Source: Podarcis muralis (taxonomy: Eukaryota). Taken from it: 64,000 nt of DNA. Shown one piece after another: positions 58,708-64,000 of this stretch. The notes under the pieces were generated by a model, which did no database searches, had not been told where the DNA came from, and was given only the letters and a program-made list of their open reading frames with translations. The position numbers and the translations under genes were made by a program. Each line of letters starts with the position of its first letter. The first letter of the stretch is position 1. Location of the stretch: assembly GCF_964188315.1 (NCBI RefSeq), contig NC_135664.1, positions 34,658,001-34,722,000 on the forward strand, written 5' to 3'.

Positions 58708-60489
58708 AAACATACCTCCATCTTCTCTGGATAAGCCCTTAATTAATTGCACCCTGTCTCAGAATTGGTCCTAGCTTGCTATACACCAGAAACATTTTTT
58801 ATTCATCAGATTAAAATGCTGTATCTGGGCTTCCCTGTTTTGGTTTTGTTTCAACACGCATGTTAAAGAAACCACTTCCTGTACACTTGTTTCAGAATAC
58901 TGATGCAACTCTTTCCTGCTGTTTTTAAAAAATATGTTTGAAGTACAAGTGATCAGTTTTCCAAAATATACACCTTGTATTTAATTAGTTTCACTAATCT
59001 GGAATTGAATCTTTTGCCCATGAATGTATTGTTGTGGTTGTATTACTGCCAGACACATATTTGGGACTGGTGTGCAAATGCCTAGACAGTATGTGATCAC
59101 TATCTTTCTTGTATTTCTGTCTGTCTATATTAATGTGGTCTGGGGATCCTATGCTAAGATACTCGTTGATACCTCTGCTTTCTACACTTCATAATACTTG
59201 AACACTAATAATTGTAAACAAATTTCCCAACAATATTAACAATGATGCCAGTGGAGGCTCTTCCACACTAGAGCTGGTGTAGCACAGCTTTGCCAAGAAG
59301 AATGCCAGACATTAACTACCCCCCTCCAAAAAAACCCCCATCAAATCCACACGCTCCATTTAATCTCAGAAAGCTACAAGTGTTAAACCATTCTGTGTAG
59401 CTCTATAGGGTGAATAGAGGTCTCCCTAATATCTCTCAGCACCCTTAACAAACAAACTTTGCAGGGAAGCCATGACTGTGATATGATAACGCTTTAAAGG
59501 TATAGGGCAGATGGGCCCTTAGTTGTGTCCTAAGTATCCATAAACCTGCTGCTTAAGTGTCCATTGTTTGTTTGCATGGAAGAGAATGGGGAGAAAACCT
59601 GAACAAGTTGCCATGCCTCTGTGATCCCATGGGCCACTCCTACATGACTTACTAGCAGTTCTGGCAGGTCCAATGGGCATCAACTGTCATTGAATGATGC
59701 TGAGAATAGGAACTTAAATTGTATTAATAGTCTAGCTGTCAAGGGGAAATTTGCAATTCCCCCCAAAAATTGGGAATTTCTTATTGAGATCCATAGCCCC
59801 ACTCAAAATTACCAGGGGGCTACATATCCAACTATATATTGTAAAATCTGTTGATGCTGCTTAACTTCCACTTCACATATTGTTCATATATATTTCGGGT
59901 CCAATTCAATCAATACGGAATTGCATGCTTAGAACATCACACTTTTGAAAATGCAGTGGTGTCTACCATGGGTGTAGCCAGGATTTATGTTGGGGGGGGG
60001 GCAAAACCGAGCTATCTGTGACATGATTGGTCAGTTAAGTATTTTTATTTATTTACTTGATTGAGGGAGGGCAGCTGTCCCCCACCCCTTTGTCTACCCA
60101 CGGCACCTACTTTGTGTATTATTTTGTGTCACAAATGGATCATTACTTGTACATCTGGCATTCTCACATTCATTTAAAAAAACATAGCTGAAACACGTGA
60201 ATTTGCACATTGACCCTGGAATGAAGAGATTCATAAATTCTTCCAGTAATATGTCTCTATGTGGTTAGTCATTATTTTCTATAATAGTGAAATATTTGGT
60301 GGCCACATGGTTTTTATACTAGGACAAACAGAAAATATAAAATATTGATATGGAAAAATGCTGTATATATGTCTATGTTTTTTGAAAGAAAAATATATAT
60401 TCTGCGACTGTAAAGGTTTGGGGCTTGCAGTGTGCAGGCCTGTGGCAGTAGATCTTGGTGGCAAGGCTCTGTAGGGTGGGGAGAGAGAC

Positions 60490-61260
60490 ACGGTCGCTTT
60501 GAGAATTTACTAGGTGGGGCCTGGATCAGGTAAATTCTCTCTGATCTGGGTGACAGCAGAATCCAACTGAATGGAAGTTCCAGTCAGTTGGGAGTTAACC
60601 ATCAATACGGGAAACAGTTGAGTTTAGTCAGTTGAGTTGAAGGGGAGAAAGAGAGTTGATGAGGAGGGGGTGACGAGTAGACCAAAGAAAAATAGAAGAA
60701 AAACTGAGGCATGGGTATTTATACCCATTGAATTATTATTTTCCTTTCTGGCGAAGATCAAGGGAAAGGAGCTGGTGACTGAGTTGGTCTGAGATGCTGA
60801 TCTATGTTAAAAGTCTAACCAGAGGATGGTTACACAGGCAGGTTTTTTACAGTTGACTAAACTGTCCAAGCAAGCCAGAAATACAACCTTAGCGTAGAGA
60901 CTTAGCGTAGAGAGGCAGATTGTATCCAATAGCAGGACTAATATTGGAGGTATTTGGCTAGGGTGGGAGGTATAAAGAATATTGCCTGAGGTAAAAGCTG
61001 CTTAGAGGCTGCTCTCTATTGAGTCCTCAGAAACTGTCAACTAGTGCCTTTGAGGTCCCCAATATACCGTAAGTGTCAGTATCCTGTTACATAACACAGT
61101 ATCCTTTTAATAAACAAACGATCTTAATTTCAGGTTCATTCTGTCTATAGTGTAGGTGCCCATCTCACACCTAAGTTTTATATACATGCCATTAGGAGGT
61201 TTTGAAAGCCTTCTGAGGGAAACTGGTGGCAGCAGGAAATTAAATAAGCGCAGGTACCTA
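60490..61260 (+). mobile_element. Possible LTR plus start of Gypsy-like internal region
   Basis: TATAAA near 60971, AATAAA near 61109, then TGGTGGCAGC (61224), typical of the sequence just after a Gypsy 5' LTR. No TSD or exact ends found. Confidence 0.35.
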
Positions 61261-62184
61261 AACCTGTGTTTATAGAAAGTGCTGCTGAGAGAACTATATA
61301 TTCTGGACTGGATATTTTACTGTTGTGTGTAGTACTGTAATTTTTTCCCTAAAGAGTCCTGAAATCATAAACCACTTAAAAATGTGGCTAGGACTGGTGT
61401 ACAAGCCAAAATTGGGGGGGGGGATGAAGAGGTTTTAAAATTATTGCACATCTTATACATGCAATTCTGGAATATGGACAGATCTCCAGACTTGGCAACT
61501 ATCAATATTTTGACACTGTGAACTATTATTACTTAAATTACTATATTATTTGTAGTGATTCAATTTTTTCTGTATATGGACACTGCAATTCCAATATTCT
61601 GTTGTACAAGTAATCAGTTGTGGATTTTCTAAAGTTTACTTGCTTTTTTATATTTCATATTTGTTTTAATTATTTACTTTGTGTTGTTGTTGTTGTTGTT
61701 GTTGTTGTTATTTCCTGCTCTTCCCCAGCAAACAAATTAGTAAAAAGAATAGAGTGGATCCGGAAAACACATCTCCAGTGCCAAAGAGGTGCTTTTATGA
61801 AGTTTCTTTATTTCATTAAAAAAAATTGCATCAAGAAGCTACTGAAAAAGGATTATTGTACATGCTCACATGAGACATTCTATAATGCTTATTATGGTTC
61901 TTAAATAGTAATGGACTTATACCATACGAAGAGATGTTAGAGAAGCATATAAGGAAGTATAAGAAAAGGAACAGTTCAGATGCAAAATTGACTCATGGTC
62001 TCCGCCTTCTACTGAAGCTCCTTCCGATGATTAATTTCCTGTAGTCTTTATGCTTATAAAGCAGAACAAGTGAGAAAAAGGCAGCCTGATGTTTTCAAGC
62101 TAAATATCAAATGCACAACAAAGAGCATTTTTAAAAAAGCTAATACATTTTGGCACTCTAAGAAATCAAGACAGTGACTGGAGA

Positions 62185-62367
62185 ATGCCAGAAATCCATT
62201 TTTTCTTTGGTGTTTTGCTTTTCCTGAATCTCTCTATTTCCTGCTACTTTTATGAGCCAAATACTTTGCCAGACATTGGAAATGCAGAGTTTATTGAGGA
62301 ATGTGTCAGAGTGCATAACAAATTCCGATCCAACGTGAATCCACCAGCTACCAACATGAAACGAATG
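62185..62367 (+). CDS. GLIPR1: GLIPR1 (glioma pathogenesis-related 1) coding exon 1; rest lies beyond the window
   Basis: MPEIHFFFGVLLFLNLSISCYFYEPNTLPDIGNAEFIEECVRVHNKFRSNVNPPATNMKRM followed by a gtaagg donor; matches human GLIPR1 LPDIENEDFIKDCVRIHNKFRSEVKPTASDM. Position after GLIPR1L2 fits synteny. Confidence 0.85.
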
Positions 62368-64000
62368 GTAAGGGATGCTTCATTCTGTAGCTATGGAAAA
62401 TGTGAACATTGCTTTATGTGTCCTGAAGATTTAAAATTACTTACTGGCAGGTGTTTTTAATTAAGGTATTAGATGCTACAGGTGTGTGCGTAACCCTAAA
62501 TTATCACACTTCCTAATGAAACGTATGTTGTGTTTTATTAGCCATGGCCTCTAAAATTCTTTCGAATGCATTTCTGCATTTTTGTTTTTAACTGAAAGGG
62601 GTTTCTTAGGCACTTATTTCCTTTACTTGATTCCTACAAGCCAAATAGCACCAATGCTGCTTTCATAGCATCATCTGATGCAAACTATTGGAATTAAGGG
62701 GCTCAACCTGGGTAGCAAAGTCCAAATGAATACACTGGTGCCTTGCAAAACTGGTGCCTTTTTCATGATAATGTTTGGATTGATTTGGGACCTTGAAAAG
62801 CACACAGCACTAACTATGGGTAAATCCTGACAGGATAAGAATTCAATACCTTTATTAGGAACAGCTATGGATCAGAACAAAAAGTCATTGCTTTTGAGTT
62901 TTAAAGAACTCTAACACCACCACTATTATTTTTATTATTATTTTATTAATTAAGCTTATTGTTTGCCTTTTGTTGCCAATGCAACCCAAAGCAATGTACA
63001 GTACAAAAATAAATTATTCTTTAGAGAAAGGATTATGAGGAAATGCTACATTGTTGATAGTGGAAGGCTTGTCTTCATGCTTACAGTTTTAAGATTGTGA
63101 TTCAAAACTTTGCAATGTGCCCCTTAGATGGAACTGTAGATGGCTTTAATGCATATTGAGATAACTATTGAAAATTATAAAATCTGCATTTATTTGGATT
63201 GCTCTCTAAGACAAATTGGATCTTACAGTTTCCTTTTAAGGTTACTACTGGACTAACCAGCACTAATTAGTGTCAATAGTCAAACTAGGATCCGCTCTGT
63301 TTTTATGCTTATGCTTCTACCAGCAATTTCCCCTAATTTTCTTTAAAACTTCAGGGATGGTGATCAGGCATATATCCAACTTCCTTTTGAAGGTCAAACT
63401 ACACATTACATTAAACGGATGTTGGAATTTTATTTTATTTTTTAGTTAAATTGCTGCTGTGGGGAGAGATCAGGACAGTGTAGGGTAGCTAACCATTTCC
63501 TTCAAAAACAAAAGCCCCCAGCAGCTGTGAGCTATGGGAGAGAATCTGCTATTAACACAGAACATTATTTGTTCATTTACCTTACCCACCCTTCCCCATA
63601 AGATATTGGATGACTTCCAGCTTCCATGTCCATTGCCAACACAATTCCCCCACTCCTGCCTGCCCCACATAACCAACTCTGCAATAGCTCACTTGGTTAG
63701 CACCTGAGGAGAGCAAGGAATCATTAAGCAGCTAGCAGGTGCTCACTGTTTCCTATATTGGCCTTAATTTCAGTGTTGCCACTCCCTAGCTTGCAGAAGA
63801 GAGTGTGGGCTGAAGTATGGATGCATAAAGCCTAAACTAAATTAGAACTGTATGTAGCACTCTTATCATTTTTATTTCTAAGGTAAAGATTTTGTTTTAA
63901 ATGAATATATAGTTCCTCTTTCAGGAAGCATTTAATGTTTGATGTTTCATTGTGTTCCATTATATTTTGTTGGAAGCTGCCGAGTGGCTGGGGAAACCCA

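Overview
Vertebrate genomic DNA, very probably a squamate (lacertid-type lizard, judged from Sauria SINEs, Bov-B, CR1, L1, Penelope relics and many MITEs). It matches the CAPS2-GLIPR1L-GLIPR1 locus (human 12q21 synteny recalled from memory). Left to right: the first four coding exons and CpG-island promoter of CAPS2 (minus); a complete 6-exon, 305-aa RIC3/CCDC107-family gene (minus); four complete, intact, strongly diverged 6-exon GLIPR1L2-like CAP-superfamily genes in tandem (plus; 270, 270, 270 and 276 aa); and exon 1 of GLIPR1 (plus). I assembled all exon chains by hand and checked splice sites and phase. Most notable: the GLIPR1L2-like expansion with hypervariable ectodomain loops, copy-specific CAP active-site changes and shared MYB-type promoter sites; a frameshifted relic of the CCDC107-like gene that marks a duplication breakpoint; a ~230-bp inverted duplication bracketing the promoter and exon 1 of copy 4; and a perfect 116-bp Penelope-derived palindrome carrying hammerhead-ribozyme cores in a CAPS2 intron. 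Homology calls come from remembered sequences, not database searches.
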